Shown piece after piece: positions 26,605-41,372 of a stretch of 64,000 nucleotides of DNA (positions are counted from its first letter, which is position 1; each line of letters begins with the position of its first letter). A model generated the notes under the pieces. It ran no database searches. It was not told where the DNA came from and saw nothing but the letters and a program-made list of their open reading frames with translations. Origin of the DNA: Chiloscyllium plagiosum (lineage: Eukaryota). The position numbers and the translations under genes were made by a program. The stretch is taken from contig NC_057718.1 of assembly GCF_004010195.1 (NCBI RefSeq), positions 91,936,892-92,000,891 on the forward strand, read 5' to 3'.

Positions 26605-26799
26605 GGAGAAAGAGAGGACTGCAGATGCTGGAGATCAGAGTAGAGAGTGTGGTGCTGGAAAAGCACAGCCGGTCAGGCAGCATCCAAGGAGCAGGAGAAT
26701 CGATGTTTCAGGCATAAGCCCATCAGGAATGATGAAACGGCAAATTTCCTGCTCCTCGGATGCTGCCTGACCCGCTGTGCATTTCCAGCACCGCACTCT
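26605..26799 (-). mobile_element. 195-bp palindromic Penelope-derived insertion with a degenerate hammerhead
   Basis: Inverted arms about 26645-26710 and 26734-26798. 14-bp TSD taaccaatgtcctg (26591-26604) / taaccgatgtcctg (26800-26813). Confidence 0.85.
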
Positions 26800-26833
26800 T
26801 AACCGATGTCCTGTATACACTCAACATGACCTC

Positions 26834-27522
26834 TGTTATGAACATGTGGGTGAACTATACCTTTTAAGAGGGTGACAAGCTAGCAGTGACAGCACCAAGT
26901 GTTCTCAATAAAACACAATGTAACATGTGCTCCAGCTACTGAAGTAGTTGGTTGCCTGGAAGCAACAAAACAGATTCAAATTAGCAGTTTAAATTATGTC
27001 CCAAAAAATACCAAATTCCAATCAAGTTTGAATTGAGTATATTGACAATATCTAAAGCCAATGACACAATCCAATGCTCTGAGGTATAAGACAGGGAAAA
27101 AATTTAACAGTTGGAGGAGAACTGCCCAGCTACCAGCATGTAAAAGGCTGCCTGAAAAATAGCTCTCTTAAAAGTATCTTTATTGATCAGTAACCTGTGG
27201 AGCAGAAATCCCTAAGGAAAGAAGGCACAGGAAGATCCAAATAGAATAACCGAAAGCTGCCTGGTTTTGAGATAAGAGGTTTTGTTTTGTAAATCTTAAT
27301 TGGGAGTTTTATCAGACTAGTATTATAGAAGGGAAGATAAAGATAGGGTAGAGTAAGGACTTGTAAATAGTTGTTAGTTAATTATTCTCTGTTATATTTT
27401 AAGTAATAAAGTTTTTAAGTTTACTTTAAATAGTTCTTGGCTAATCGATTACTGCATTTGTTAAGTCTTTTCTGTGTTGCTGGTTTTAAATTAAGCAGGA
27501 GGGTTTACCTCTTTTCGTAACA
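26834..27522 (+). mobile_element. Solo LTR
   Basis: TGTTA...TAACA termini; 4-bp TSD cctc/cctt; cleanly interrupts the CR1; internal AATAAA. Confidence 0.8.
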
Positions 27523-30500
27523 CCTTCCAATTCCTATACCCAATGCACTGTCCAATAAAGGCATTTACCAAATGTCTTCTTCACTACCCTGCCTACGTGC
27601 AACTCAATTTTCAAGGAACTATGAGCTTGCATTCCAACAATTCTTTATTTGGCAACACTCCCTAGGACCCCACCATTAAATGTACAAATCTTGCTCTAAT
27701 TTGCCTTTCTAAAATGGACCACCTCACATTTATCTGGATTGAACTCCATCTGCCACTCCTTGGCCCATCAGATCAAGATCCTGTTGTACTCCGAGGTAAC
27801 CTTCTTCACTGTCCACTATACTACCATACCTCCTATGTTCACATCCAAATCATTTATATAAATGACGAAAAGCAGTTTTCCCAGCACTGATCCCTGTGGG
27901 ATACCATTAGTCACAGGTCTCCAGGCAGAAAAGCAACCCTCCACTGCCACCCTCTATCTCCTGCCTTCAAGCCAATGTTGTATCCAAATGGCTACTTCTC
28001 CCTATATTCCGTGTAATCTAACCTTGTTAACCAGTCTACCATGCAAAATATTGTTGAAGCCTTATTGAAGCCCATGTACACCACATCTACCACTCTGCCT
28101 TCATCAATCCTCTTTGTCACATCCTCAAAAAACTGAATCAATTTAGTGAGGCACAATTTCCCACACACAAAGCCATGTTGACCATCTCCAATCAATCCTT
28201 GCCTTTCCAAATACACATAAATCTTGTCCCTCAACCCCCTCCAACAATTTGCCCACCACTGACATCATGCTCACCAGTCTCCAGTTCTCTGTTTTTTTCA
28301 TACCATCTTTCTTAAATAATGGCACCACGTTTACCAACCTCCAGTCTTCCAGCACCACACCTATGGCTATTGATGATAGAAGTATCTCAGCAAGGGGCAG
28401 GGTAATCACTTCCTACCTTCCCACAAAGTTCTAGGGTACACCTAATCAGGTCCTGGGGATTTATCCATCTTTATGCACTTTAAGGCATCCTCTGTAATAC
28501 GGACATTTTTCCAAGATGGCTCTATTTATTTCCCCAAGTTCTCTAGCTTCTATTTCCTTCTCCATGGTAAATATTACTGCAAAATACTCATTTAGTATCT
28601 CCTCCATCTCCTGTTTTCCATACATAGGCAGCCTTGCTGATCTTTCAGGGGCCCTATTCTCTTTTGTCCTTAATGTATTTGTAGAAACTTTTTGGATTTT
28701 CCTTAACCCTATTTGCCAAAGCTATCTCATGTCCCCTTCCGGTCCTCCTGATTTCCCTCTTAAGTTTACTCCTGCTGCCTTTATACTAGTCTAGGGATTC
28801 ACTTGATCCATGCTGTCTTTATCAGAAGCTCAATTTCTCTGGCCATCCAGCATTCCCTACAACTACCAGCCTTGGCTGTCACCAGAACAGGGACACATTG
28901 TCCCTGGACATCAACTTTCTCTTTTCATATACAATATTCTGAATTTAGAAGTTTAGTAATTTTAAAACTATGGAATGAGGAGTATGAAAGGAGGCCATTC
29001 AGTTCATCTTGACTGTACTGGCTCTTTGAAAGAACTAATTAGTCTCACTTCCTTTGTCTCTCGCCATGTCATTGCAAATGTTTCAATTTTATGTGTTTAT
29101 CCAATTTCCTTTTGAAAACTGTTAATACATAGTTCTATCTCCTTTCAGGTATTGTAATCCAGAACCCAAAAACCTGCTGCGTAACAAAATCCTTCCATTT
29201 CTCCTCTGAGCCTTTTGTTAATTATTTTAATTTTCATTGGTTACTGATCTTTCAAGTATGCCGGTTTCTCCATATTTACTCTACCAAAACTATGCATGAT
29301 TTCAAACACATCTTAAATCTGACCATTAAATTATGCAGCACTGAAGACGAAAACTGAAAATTTTATACCAAAGAGATTATTCAGCAAATCATCTCAGTGA
29401 CAGCTGAAACAGACTATCCTGTCCGTAGCCCTGTCTGGCACTTCAAGTTCTCAGGGTTTCTACTTCTTCTGTCCTTTCAAGTAGTTAGTTCCAGAATCCC
29501 CCACCCTCATGGCGAAAATGTCTCCTTGACTCCCTGCTAATACTGCAATCACTTTAAATTTATACTCCCTGGTTTTTGACATTGCTGCCAAAGGAAAACA
29601 GATGTTTCCTATCTTTGTTATTTAGGCCTCTCAAATTTACACACTTTAGTTAAGATCTTCTTTCAAACTCCACTTCCACAGAAAACAACCCCAATCTAGT
29701 CAATCTTCCTCACAGCTAAAGTTTTCCACTCCCGGCAAAATCTTGTGAATCATTTGCGACTGCTCTCTTGCAATCTCATCCTCCCTAGAGGCGGCAGCTG
29801 AGGAAGATGATGGGGTGGATTTGTGGTGTGTAAAAATGAGGAACCTCAACAGCACAGATAGGAAGAACCTATTGCAACATACTCTGCCATTAACAGTGGC
29901 CTGTTCTTTTCCTTTGTAGAACAGGTTGTTAAAAACATTTTATGATTTTACCTCAAAACAGGGATTGTGTGTAAACAGAGGGCAAAAATACTAAAATTGC
30001 TACTAAGCATAAAAATACAGTAGGAATTACATGACAAACCAATCAACTGCTGTGCAGAAAACAGATAAGTAATAACTTCAGGTGTGGACGCTTCACCACA
30101 AATTTGACATACAGTCTTATTCAGCATCTACAACAGAAATATTCAGTCTCTCCAACAGAAAAGCCTGCTGAGTATTTCCAGCATTTTGCTCTACAGGCCC
30201 TGCACTTTCCAGCTGACATCTTCGGCAAATCTGCTCTAATGTCAAAAATATCTTTCGTTCAACTTTTAATTACTCAACTCAAATGATCTGTTTCATTATT
30301 CAATCATTCCATTAGTATGCAGTCCATGTTCATATGACATTTTTTCACCTCTCTTCCTATCTAATAAACTGAAGGATGCAGTTGCCATTTTCTGTAATCC
30401 CAAACCAAGACATTAATTGTTCCTTTCACGAGTGCTAGCTGACCTGCTACACTTTTCTATTGCTTCTTGGTTTTGCTAAAAGCAAGAACGTGTTCCACTT

Positions 30501-31089
30501 TATAATCATGCATCAGAGAACATATTTGATCAACATTGTTTGGAATAGTTTTACATAATCTAGATTCTTTCAATGCAATCAATATTCACACCCAAATCTC
30601 CCACTCAATGAATCTCTGGTCCCTGTGAATAATGCACAAGAAATGTAGCAATAATGATATAATGGTTATTCTACTCATTTATTCTATAATTATAATTCTA
30701 ACTTTCATCTTGCATAATTTTGTAAATATGTCACATTAATTTATTTTCTGGCAATTCTATAATGTTCCTGTAAGAAATTTAAACAAATCTGATTGTCCAG
30801 TGAACAGTTCTAAAAACTGGTCTCTTAACTAAGCAGGGCATGATGTACTATATATTTACACTGAATGAGAAGCCATCAATGCAAACCAGATGCAAGCACA
30901 TTCATGAAATTTAGCAAAATTACATCATGATGCGATTGTAATACCCAAAAGTTCATCTTCCATTTTTGGGGATAGGCTAGCTATTGATATTTATTACAAA
31001 TCCACCAACTCCCATGGTCAAGTTGATTATACATTCTCGCACACTGGTTCCTGTAAGGATTCCATTCCAGTCTCTCCATCTCCATTGCA

Positions 31090-31370
31090 CCTATTCTGGA
31101 TGTCGGTTTGCTCACTGAGCTGGAAGGTTCATGTTCAGACGTTTCATCACCATACTAGGTAACATCTTCAGCGAGCCTCTGGACAAAGCATCGCTGATGA
31201 TTCCTGCTTTCTATTTATATGTTTGGGTTTCTTTGGGTTGGTGATGCTATTTCCTGTGGTGATGTAATTTCCTGTTCTTTTTCTCAGGCAGTGGTAAATC
31301 GGGTCCAAGTCAATGTGTTTGATAGACCCGATTTACCACTCATCAGAAAAAGACAGTTGAGCCTCAGAGT
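31090..31370 (-). mobile_element. Penelope-like 3' end with hammerhead and short inverted end
   Basis: Similar to 19505-19750; agtggtaaatcgggtc is inverted as gacccgatttaccact. Confidence 0.8.
31135..31174 (-). ncRNA. Minimal type I hammerhead ribozyme motif
   Basis: TCG-CTGAAGA-tgttacc-tagtat-ggtgat-GAAA-CGTC-TGA. Confidence 0.7.
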
Positions 31371-31810
31371 TCAAAGGGATAGTGAATATGTGGCAAGGCA
31401 CGGGGAGGGGTTTTGGGGGTCCTGAGGAGTATGTCCGAACCTGTCCAAATTCTTCTGCAGTGTCCTATGTCTTCAATTCTATCTGTCCCTCCATATTTGT
31501 ACCATTTGTAAAATTATCCAGAATGCCCTCAGTTCCTTTATCTCGATCATTAATGTATGAAGCAAAAAGTTGTAGCCCCAATACTGGCCCTTGCGGAACT
31601 CCACAAGTCATTGGCTGCCAACCTAAGAAGGATCCTTTTATCCCCACTCTGCCTTCAGCCAGCCAATCTTCTCTCCATACTCTTCCCTTGCCTCGAACAT
31701 GATGGGCTCTTCTCTTACTCAGCAGCCTCCTTTGTGGCACCTTGTCAAAGGTCTTGAAGTCCATTGGATCTCCTTTGTCTAACTGACTTGTAATCACCTC
31801 AAAGAATTCT

Positions 31811-34800
31811 TAAGGGGATCCAATATGACATCGAACTTAGCAGACCTGCCTTCCTGACCTCTGCACCCCAGTCCAACAGTAGTGATAGTTTTACCCCCAA
31901 CCTCCCAACTTCCTTTCTTTGGAGAAAATTGATGTTAAACTGTTGTGAAACTGTTTAAATCCATTCGTGGTGGAGCAGAGTGTCTGAATGAGACAGGCAG
32001 AGAGCAGTTGGTTTGGATGATTGATCATTCAGGTGGCTGAAAACGAGCGGTAAAGTTGTTCAAGCATTTCTCTATTATCCAGCAATGTATGCCATAATGC
32101 TTGTTATCAAACATCCCTCGATTATCTGGCAAGGCATGCCATAATGCCATTTAACTGATAACTGAATGCTGGTGCTGTTTTTTTTGCAGAGCCTTGACAT
32201 CTTGTTTGAATGGTCTGTGATTTGGATGGTTGATGATCAGATAGTCGAGATTCTACTGTAAATTCTTTTTGTACGAGCGAGAATGACCAAAGGAAAGCAT
32301 AAAGCCAAGCTCCAACACACCGGACACTCGCCCAACGCATCAGGTGGGCCTGCAATTGTGACTGCAGCTGCAGCTCCCTCAGCAGCAGCTCCCTCAGCAG
32401 CCGAGAAAGAGGTACCTGCACAGCAGAGCGTTGCTGAAGAACTCGTGGCATACGAGGGATGATCAAGAAGTCGATAGAAGACAACTGTACTCGGCTGGAG
32501 CTGATTTCGGTCATGCTACAAAAGCATGAGAACGAGTTGGAAGGGCTTCACTGGAGCCAGAAACAGAGGTTGAGTCCTTGGAGGTGTAGTTCCAGGCCCT
32601 CGAAGAAACAGGTCCGGGCCTTGATTGAACAGGTCAGTGATTTGGAAAATCGAGGTAGGAAGAAAAATAACCGGATCGTTGGGCTGCAGGAGGGATTGGA
32701 AGGTGGGCAGCTAGCAAGCTTTTTTGAAGAATGCCTGCCACAGTTTCTTGGCTGGGATGCTGAGGCGGACTGGTGAAGACTGACAAGAGCTCACCGGGTT
32801 GCTGTGTGCAGATCTGGTCTGGATCAGCACCCCACTTGGTCCTGTTACGATTTCAAAGTTCCAGGGACAAGCAGAGTTCTGGAATCATGGAGATGGATGG
32901 GGAAAGATCCACAGGCCCTGACTTATCAGGGCACTAACAATGTTTTTCCAGGATTTTTTCTGTGGCAGTGATCCATAAAAGAAAATAGTTTCATGAGGTC
33001 AAGAAAAACTTAAGTGACCTTGGTATCGAATACTGAATAAAATACCCAGCAGTGTTTCGTCAGACAGTGCGGTCATTTGACTCCACGGAACAAGTGAAAT
33101 ATTTCTTGGGCGCTTTAAATTAATTTGGATGGATTTATATCCTGGACAATAATGTTTTTTTTCTCTTGCTATGTTTCTTGTAATGTTACCATTTTCTTAA
33201 AGAAGCTGCTGTTGGTATTTTCTTCTCCAATTAGGATTGGTGTTGATATGTAGTTGGGGGGTGAGCAGAGTGCTCACTATTTTGTCTATTGCCTTCTTTT
33301 GCTTGGGTCTGGGGTGCGGCTTGAGCTGGACGGGGAATGGAGATGTGTTTGGGAGGTCTAAGCGCCCTCTATGGGGAGGGGATAGAGGCCTCCATTAAGT
33401 GCCTTTTGTGTTTTGTAATTAATTTAGTTTTTTGGTTTTTCGTAAATAGACTCCATGAGTCTTCTTTTGTATCTGCTCAGTGTATTGTAAGTCGAATTCT
33501 TCCTCTTGGTGGGTCAAAGGTGGTTGTAAAGGATTATGACTAGCAGTGTTCTGAAATGGTGCACCTGGAATATTAGAGGGATCCATTTGCCAATTAAACG
33601 GCAAAATGTGTTGTCGAGCCTCAAAAAGGAGAGGGTAGATGTTGCCCTGTTGCAGGAGACTCACCTTAATGACAAGGAACACTTCAAGTTACTGCAGGGC
33701 AGGTTTGATCAAATGTTTTTCCCGTCCTTTAACACGAAGAGCAGGTGGGTGGCCATACTCATCCAGAAGAAACTTCTATTAATTTAATAGATTGTGTTAA
33801 AGATGAATATGGTCGGTTTGTTATCCTCAACGCCCTAATACATAGCAAGGAATATGGTATTTTGAATATCTAGTGTCCTCTGGCCCAACCCCTTAAATTT
33901 TTGACCGTTGCACAATCTAAGCTGATGGCCTTAGCATCACGGCATATTATATCATTGGGTGGAGGGGGGGTGGTCTTTCACTGCCTTATGGATCCTGTGC
34001 TGGATAGAATGCCCAAATGCCCCCCAGAGCTTTCTCCACAATCTAAACAGTTGGGTGATCGGTCTGTGAAACTGGGGTTGGTAGAAATTTGGAGACATCT
34101 CCACCCTCCGGGCAGGGACTTTACATTCTTTTCCAATCCTCGTAAGTGCCATACGAGGATTGATTTTTTTTCCTAACTCCCTCAGCTCTTCTAGATTCGG
34201 TGGTATCTTGTTCAATTGGGAATATTGCCATCTCTGATCACACAGCAATATATTCAGTTGTCGAGATTAAGGATGATGCAATGAGCTCACAGGACTGGTG
34301 AATGGACCTGTTCATCCTCAAGGGCTCCAAGGAATACCTGGCATGGAAGGTGGGTTCCCCTTTAAGGGGGCAAAGGGAGGTTTTCTTTACTTGGGCCTCT
34401 CTGTTACCCCTAGATTTGATCAGTTATTCAAAAGATAATTTTGTTCATTTGTTTGACAAGATTAAACAAGACCTTCAAAGGTGGGGGACCCTTCCAAGAT
34501 CACGGTTGGGTTGAGTCACTCTTTTCGAAATGAATGATCTTCCTTGCTATTATACCCTTTGCAGATGCTCCCTTTGTTCTTTCCGAGACAAACATTTCAG
34601 AAGCTGAATGGCTGGTTTAGTTCTTTTATTTGGAGTGATAAGCTGCCCCTTATTAAGCTTGCGAAACTGCAATTTCCCCAGGGATTGGTGGGAGTGGACC
34701 TCCTGGACATTAGATGATATCAACTGAGCTCCCTCCTATCATTTTTAAGTGATTGGGCCTGTGGGGACTTGGTGTCGACATGTTTGGACATTGAGGCCTC

Positions 34801-36150
34801 CCAGACAAAGTGTTCTCTTAGGACACTTGTTTTTAGACAAAATGAGGACAGTTGCAGAACACAGCCATAATCCAATAGTTACGAACATCAAAGCACGGAG
34901 CGCAACGAGGCAGATGGAGAGTAATAGGTCTAAAACATCTTTTCTTCCTCCCACAGTTTCCGGCTAAGGACAATGGATCTCAGGTTTAAACTTTGGGCAG
35001 ATAGGGAAGTCTCTTGTTTGGGTGATCTGTTTGAGGGTGAAACGTTGATGTCGTTTGATCAAATAGCTCGGAAACATGGATTATCCAGTAGGGACCTCTT
35101 CCATTTCTTTCAATTTAAAGATGCTATCCGAAAGGAGACCACACTTTTGACTGAGTGTTATAGATCTGATACAGAAAAGATGGTGCTTCAGGCTAAGAGC
35201 ACTCTTTCAGCGAGTAGTCTATCATATGTTTGGGGGGGGGGGGAGGGAAGAGTTTCCTTGGGTGACATCAAGCCTCTACATCAAGGAGTTGAGATCACTA
35301 CGAAAATGTGAGGGGACATCTGCGACAATGCGAAGAGGATTCCGATATGCAGTAGGACCCATGTTATGAAGTTAAAGATTCTTCATAAAGCTCATCTGGA
35401 CTCAGATTGTCTTGTGAAGTGTATGCAGAGAGCATCTTCAATGTGCCCCAAGCGTTATATAAATATGGGTACCCTCACTCATTGTTTGTGGTCCTGTCAG
35501 AGGCTCGGTGCATATTGGAGCACTGTGACAGCAGTGATAGAGGGGGCCTTGGGGACCGACGTCAAGGTGGACCCGTTCACTTTGTTTCTCCAGTCTGCTG
35601 AATTTACCTCACTTAGATGTACATGGGAAAAAGCTTCTTAACATTCTCACTTTTTGTGCAAGGAAGAATATTCTAATGTATTGGGTATCCGAGAACTCCC
35701 GGATTTGTCAGGGTAGTGCAAGTTAATTATGGAACACATTCTTTTAGACTTTCTTATAAATATAGTGCATCAGAAAACTGACAACTGTTACAAGACGTGG
35801 CAGCCTTTTTTGAATTACTTGGAAGCAGATCTGTTTGCCATTGTGTTTAGGGCTTTTCTCCCGCCATGATGGTTTGGTCTGATAAACCTAAGGGCCAGGA
35901 GAAGAAGAATTTTGAACAAATGTGGGTTTCATAATTGATGCTCTCGAAGGTTGGAAGTTATGGTCTTGTTGGGTTGAGCGGTGTTATTTATTTGTATATT
36001 GATTTATAAAAAGTGTAGGTTTTATTTCTTTTGTAAAATAGTATGGTAGTTGGTTTATTGTTTTTGATGTTATGATGCTATATTTTCATGTTTCAGTAAC
36101 TTTCTAATTTTGAAAAGAAAATTTTTCAATAAAAGTGTTTAAACAAAAGA
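31811..36150 (+). mobile_element. L1-clade LINE with both ends present and the RT core deleted
   Basis: ORF1 remnant DLENRGRKKNNRIVGLQEGLEG..RAHR; APE WNIRGI..LLQETHL..RIDFF..SDH; C-terminal CPK..GTLTHCLWSC; AATAAA at 36128; TSD aaagaattc (31801-31809) / aaataattc (36151-36159). Confidence 0.9.
31965..32258. mobile_element. Partial Tigger/pogo-like DNA transposon inside the L1 5' UTR
   Basis: Ends in atagtcgagattctactg|TA, a TIR-like end; the opposite TIR was not found. Confidence 0.5.
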
Positions 36151-39100
36151 AAATAATTCGTACTGATTTGTCAGGCATGACCTTCCCTTATGGAAACCAT
36201 ACTGACTTTGCCCTATTTTACTATGCACTTACAAGTATTCAGAAATCCCACCCTTCACAATGGACTCCCAAAATCTTATCAATTACCGAGGTCAGGCTAA
36301 TCAGCCTCGAATTTCCTGTCTTTTATCTCACTTCCATCTTAAACAGGGGGATTACATTTGTGATTTTCCAGTCCTCTGGAACCCTCCCTTACTCGAGGGA
36401 TTCCCGAAAGATCACCACTAATGCCTCCACTATCTTTTCACCTATATCATTCAGAACTCTGGGGTGCACTCTATCTGATCCAAGTGATTTATCCACCTTC
36501 AGACCTTTCACTTTTTCAAGCTCCTGCTGGGTGACGGCCACCATAATCTTCTCTGACTCTCCTGAAGTTTTGGAAATTTGCTCGTGTCTTCACTATGAAG
36601 ACTGACGCCAAGTACTCGTTCAGTTCCTCCACCATTTCCTTGTTCCCCATTACTACTTATGCAGTGTCATTTTCCAGTGACCCAATGTCCAGTTTTTCCT
36701 CTCTCTTACCCTCAATGTATCAAAAGAAGATTGCAAGAGTTTCTTTAATGTTACTGGCTAGCTTACCCTCATATTTAATCTTCTGACAGAGTCTTACAGG
36801 AGAGATGTCAGAGAGAGTGTACCAGCATGAACCTGCTTCTTTGGGTCCATTAGTTTCAACAATGCCTGACTTCTTTCAGTGAATAGCCAGACTGCTGAAA
36901 CCAACTGAAGCAGAGAAAAGCTGAGCTGGGAGAACTGGCTACTCCCCTTTCATTGTACAAGTGGTTTTTTTTAAACTTAAAAGCCTTTTGCCTGAGGCAG
37001 TATCTGTTAGCCATAATCAAACTGGCTCTAAAACCCTTCAACATAGACTTTTCACAGGCTCTCTCTTTCATGACCTGTCTGGAAAAAAAGCCAAGGACAA
37101 CATAACCTTGTTAAAGGAGCAGCATTATCATACCATGCGCCTTAAAACAAAAGAACCATCAATATCCAAATATGGCCTCATTTTTAAAAACCCCTAATCT
37201 TAAATTGTTAGTACACTACAACACGCACATACATTACATTCACTATAAATATGCAAACACGCACAACTACATTCTGTTTCAATCTTTCACTCTTGCCAAA
37301 TGCGAGTTTTTCAACCAAGTTGCAATAATGTGCCAGCAATCACATTTTCTCATCCCACCACACACACAACTTTCAAATTGAATGGCTGTAACAACAAGCC
37401 CCATCTAAACAGTCTGGCATTTTTCTCCATAAATTTCTCCACAAACTTCTATGGGTTTTAACCAGTGTATATGACTATCTCAGAAATGTTACTGGTAACA
37501 TAAAAGTTGAAATGTTCTAACGCCAACACCAAGCTCAAAGTCTCCTTTTTAACTGTCATATTTCTGATGAATGTTCAATTTCATGGAGAAATACCCGGCT
37601 GGTCTTTCTACCTTCTCGTTATCTTCTTGCAAGAGCACAGCACCAACACCCGCATCGATATCCACCTTCAATGGCTTTACATAATTAGATATGGCGAATA
37701 CTAGGGCAGTGCTAACACAACTTTCAGGCTGTCAAATGCCTTCTGACAATCCGCTGTCCGCTGAAACTTCTTGCCTTTCTTCAGAGTGGAGCAACCACAC
37801 TGCCAAAATTTAGTACGAATTTTCAATAAAGTCCACTCAATCCCTGTAATTGTAGTACTGCTCTTTTTTGTTGATGGTATGGGAAACTCCCCAATTACCT
37901 TTGGTTTTGCATTACCTGGGGTCATTTATCCATGTCCAACAACATGGCCCAGGAACGTGACTTGGGCTTTGGCAAATTCACTTTTAGCCAGTTTAATCAC
38001 CAAGCCTGCCTTCCAAAGTCGATCAAACAAGTCTGTTAAATGTTGCAAATGTTCCTAATGTGTGACTAAAAATCACCAGGTCATCGATATATACAACACA
38101 GTTAGGTAATCTGACAATGACCATATTGGTAAGTCTCTTAAATGTGGCTGCATTTTTCATACCAAATGGCATGACTTTAAACTGATACAGTCCATTCGGT
38201 GTTACAAAAGCTGAAATTGCCTTTACTCTTTACCAACTTAGAAATATAAGTTGCTTGTCCCACCTTTTCAACAGTCTTCCAAACATGGAATCGGGTACGC
38301 ATCAGTCTTTGTAACTGCATTGACTTTGCGATACTCCACACAGAATATATGTGAGCATATATATATAAATATATATATGACACACACAGATTTTTTTTTC
38401 TGTCTGGAGTCCTTATCAAATAGTTCACCTCACTCAATTTCCTTCCGACTTGATAGGATCCACTAAACCTTGCTTTTAGAAGTTCACCTATCACTGGAAG
38501 TAACATTAACACCTTATCCCCGATAGCAAAATGGCAAGTTTTTGATTTCTTGTCTGCTTCCCATTTCATTGTATGCTGTGATACTTTTAAATGTTGTCGA
38601 GCCAACTCCTCCACTCTATTTAATTGTTCCCTAAAAATTGACACATAGTCCCAATATGTGGTCTCTGTATTCTGACTACTTACCCACTTCTCCTTAATCA
38701 ATTTTAGCAGTCCTCTCACTTCATGCCCAAAAACTAATTCAAATGGACTGAATTTCGCTGATCTCTGATCACAAAAAGCACCAATGGAATTTTTTTACCC
38801 CAATCATCTGGTTGATCTTGACGATAAGCCCTCAACGTGGTCTTTAATGCCTGATGCCACTTTCCTCACACTCACTGCTATCCTGGATTGTACACAGTAG
38901 ATTTGAATTGTTTTATTCCTAAGCTATCCATAACTTCTTGGATAATTTTGATGTAAAGTTTGACCCCTGATCTGATTGTATCTCTGTGGGTAGTCCATAT
39001 CTAGTGAAACATTTGAGTAATTCCTCTACAATACTTTTAGCTGTGATATTGCATAATGAAATGGCCTCTGGAAGTCTAGTGGACACATTTATTATTGTTA

Positions 39101-40450
39101 ACAAATACAAATTCCCACTTTTAGGGAGGGGTCGTATGCAATCAATTAAGACTCTTGTAAAAGGTTCCTTAAATGCAAGAATAGGTATTAAAGGTGCAGG
39201 TTTTATTACTGACTGTGCTTTTCCAATTACCTAACATGTATGACACGTCTGGCAAAATTCAACTACATCCTTGTGTGGTCCAGGCCAGTAAAAAATGTTT
39301 TTGTATTTTAGCTTGAGTTTTTCTCACTCCTAAATGATGCCCTAGTGATAGCTCATGCGCCACTCGCAACACCTCCATTCTATAATGCATTGACAATACG
39401 ACTTGATGAACTTCTGCCCATTTCTCATCTGCCTGAGTATGTGATGGTTTCCATCTCATCATTAAACCACCACTTTTAAGACAGTAGCATTCAGGAATAC
39501 ATTTGGATTCTTTTTCTGTGTATGCCTTTTGATACAATCGCTTCAAGTGTTCATCTTTCTGCTGTAAGTCAGTTAATTTATCTGAGCTAAAGATGTCTAC
39601 TTTATCATCCATCTGTTCCTGGTTTGTCTCCACCATCTGATCAAACATATTCTCTGCTAATTCCACTTCAACTTTCTTATCTGTACTCTTTGATCTCTCC
39701 TGTTTCAACTGGTGATTTTGTGACCTCATTACCGCACAGCCCCGAAAAATCCCAGGACGTGTGCTGCAATAGTTCAGTTGCCCGAGTTTCCACTGGCTTT
39801 TCAACCACAGTAGGCAGCACTCCTATCTGTGAACCAGCTATATCATTAGCAAGGACAAATTGTATTCCTGGAGGAGAGAGTTTGTCCAGTACTTCGACCA
39901 TGATGTTTTCACTCTTCACTGGACACTCTAACCTCACTCTACATAGCACTTCCTGTCTCATCGTGAATTCCCGTTACTAGCACCTTTTCTGGTAATATTC
40001 CTTCAGAGGGAACATATTTCCTCATCTTTCAGCATAACAGATTGAGAGGATCCTGTATCTCTTAATATTGTAACCTCTTCATCTGCTGCTCCTGGCCGAT
40101 GCAAATAAACTTTACCTTCACAGGTATATGGTTTAAGATGATCTGGCACTTCCTCTTTAATCAACCACCAACTAGCTTGTACATTCTGGTACAGCTTTCT
40201 AGCCTCCACTGTACTTTCCATTACCACTTCAACAAAATTCACTGGGTTATCCTGTTTCTCTACTTCTGGCTTCAAGTGCGTTTCCTAATCCATTGACACT
40301 GATTTCATGTGGCCTACTTTATTGCAATGAAAACACCGGAGCGTTTTAATTTCTATTTCCCCTTCAAGGGTTTCCTTTTTACCCTGTGCTAAGTAATCCT
40401 CATAATCTTCAAGATCTACCTTTCCCTTTCCATGCAAGGATTTCTTTTTT

Positions 40451-40751
40451 TTAAGATTAGATTAGATTAGATTAGATTAGATTAGATGAGATTACTTACA
40501 GTGTGGAAACAGGCCCTTCGGCCCAACAAGTCCACACCGACCCTCCGAAGAGCAACCCTCCCAGACCCATTGCCCTACACTTACCCCTTCACCTAACACT
40601 ACTGGCAATTTAGCATGGCCAATTCACTTAACATGCACATTTTTGGACTGTGGGAGGAAACCAGAGTACCCGGAGGAAACTCACGCAGACATAGGGAGAA
40701 CGCGAAAACTCCACACAGACAGTTGCCCGAGGCAGGAATTGAACCCGGGTC
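40451..40751 (-). mobile_element. HE1-type SINE inside gag, head truncated, with (TTAGA)n tail
   Basis: SINE core reverse complement; ttaga repeats at about 40456-40495. Confidence 0.9.
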
Positions 40752-41354
40752 ATTTCAGCTGCTAATCATGTCGTTTTAATCTCTACTCTTCCACATGACT
40801 CTCCCTATTTCAGAAAGTGAATTTTTGAACTATTTAAGTGCCAATAACTGAAACTCAAACTTTCTCTCTTTCTTCCTTTCTTCTCTCTCTCTCTATTTCT
40901 TTTTCTTCTGCTAAAGCACATTTTTCTCTTTCCTCTGCTTTTAATCGCAATTCAAACTGTTTCATTCCTGTTGCCCTTTCCTTGTCTTTTGCCGAACGCA
41001 AATTGCTTCATTTGCAATTGAATTTTAGCCATCTGTAAAGATTCTGATGACATTTCCAGCAAATTTAAATGCTGACATATTGCAGTAATTAGCTCTCCAT
41101 TCCTCATGGAAGGAGGCAGTTCCAACTCCAGCTTGTCTGCTAATTTTGGCATCTTAGCTTTAACCACCTTTTGCAAAACCCTCCAGATCACTCCTTCCAC
41201 CCCCAGAAAACACTTGGTGACTGAAAGAGCCAATATTATCTCAAGCACCATTTAAACCAACCAAATTGAACACCCAGACTAAAACACACTGACACCTACC
41301 ACTCGCTGTCTTAGAGACCAACAACCCTAATCCCAAATATGAATAACAGGAGAA

Positions 41355-41372
41355 ATCCTGGACGAGCCCCCA
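41355..41372 (-). promoter_or_regulatory. Primer-binding site complementary to the tRNA-Pro 3' end
   Basis: Minus strand TGGGGGCTCGTCCAGGAT, 3 nt after the 5' LTR; 17/18 match to the canonical tRNA-Pro PBS TGGGGGCTCGTCCGGGAT. Confidence 0.9.

Larger units (their letters stand above)
26040..28910 (-). mobile_element. CR1 LINE ORF2 copy, interrupted by a hammerhead mini-element and a solo LTR
   Basis: ORFs 25979-26314, 27992-28234 (QHGFVCGKLCLTKL) and 28143-28409. Confidence 0.92.
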
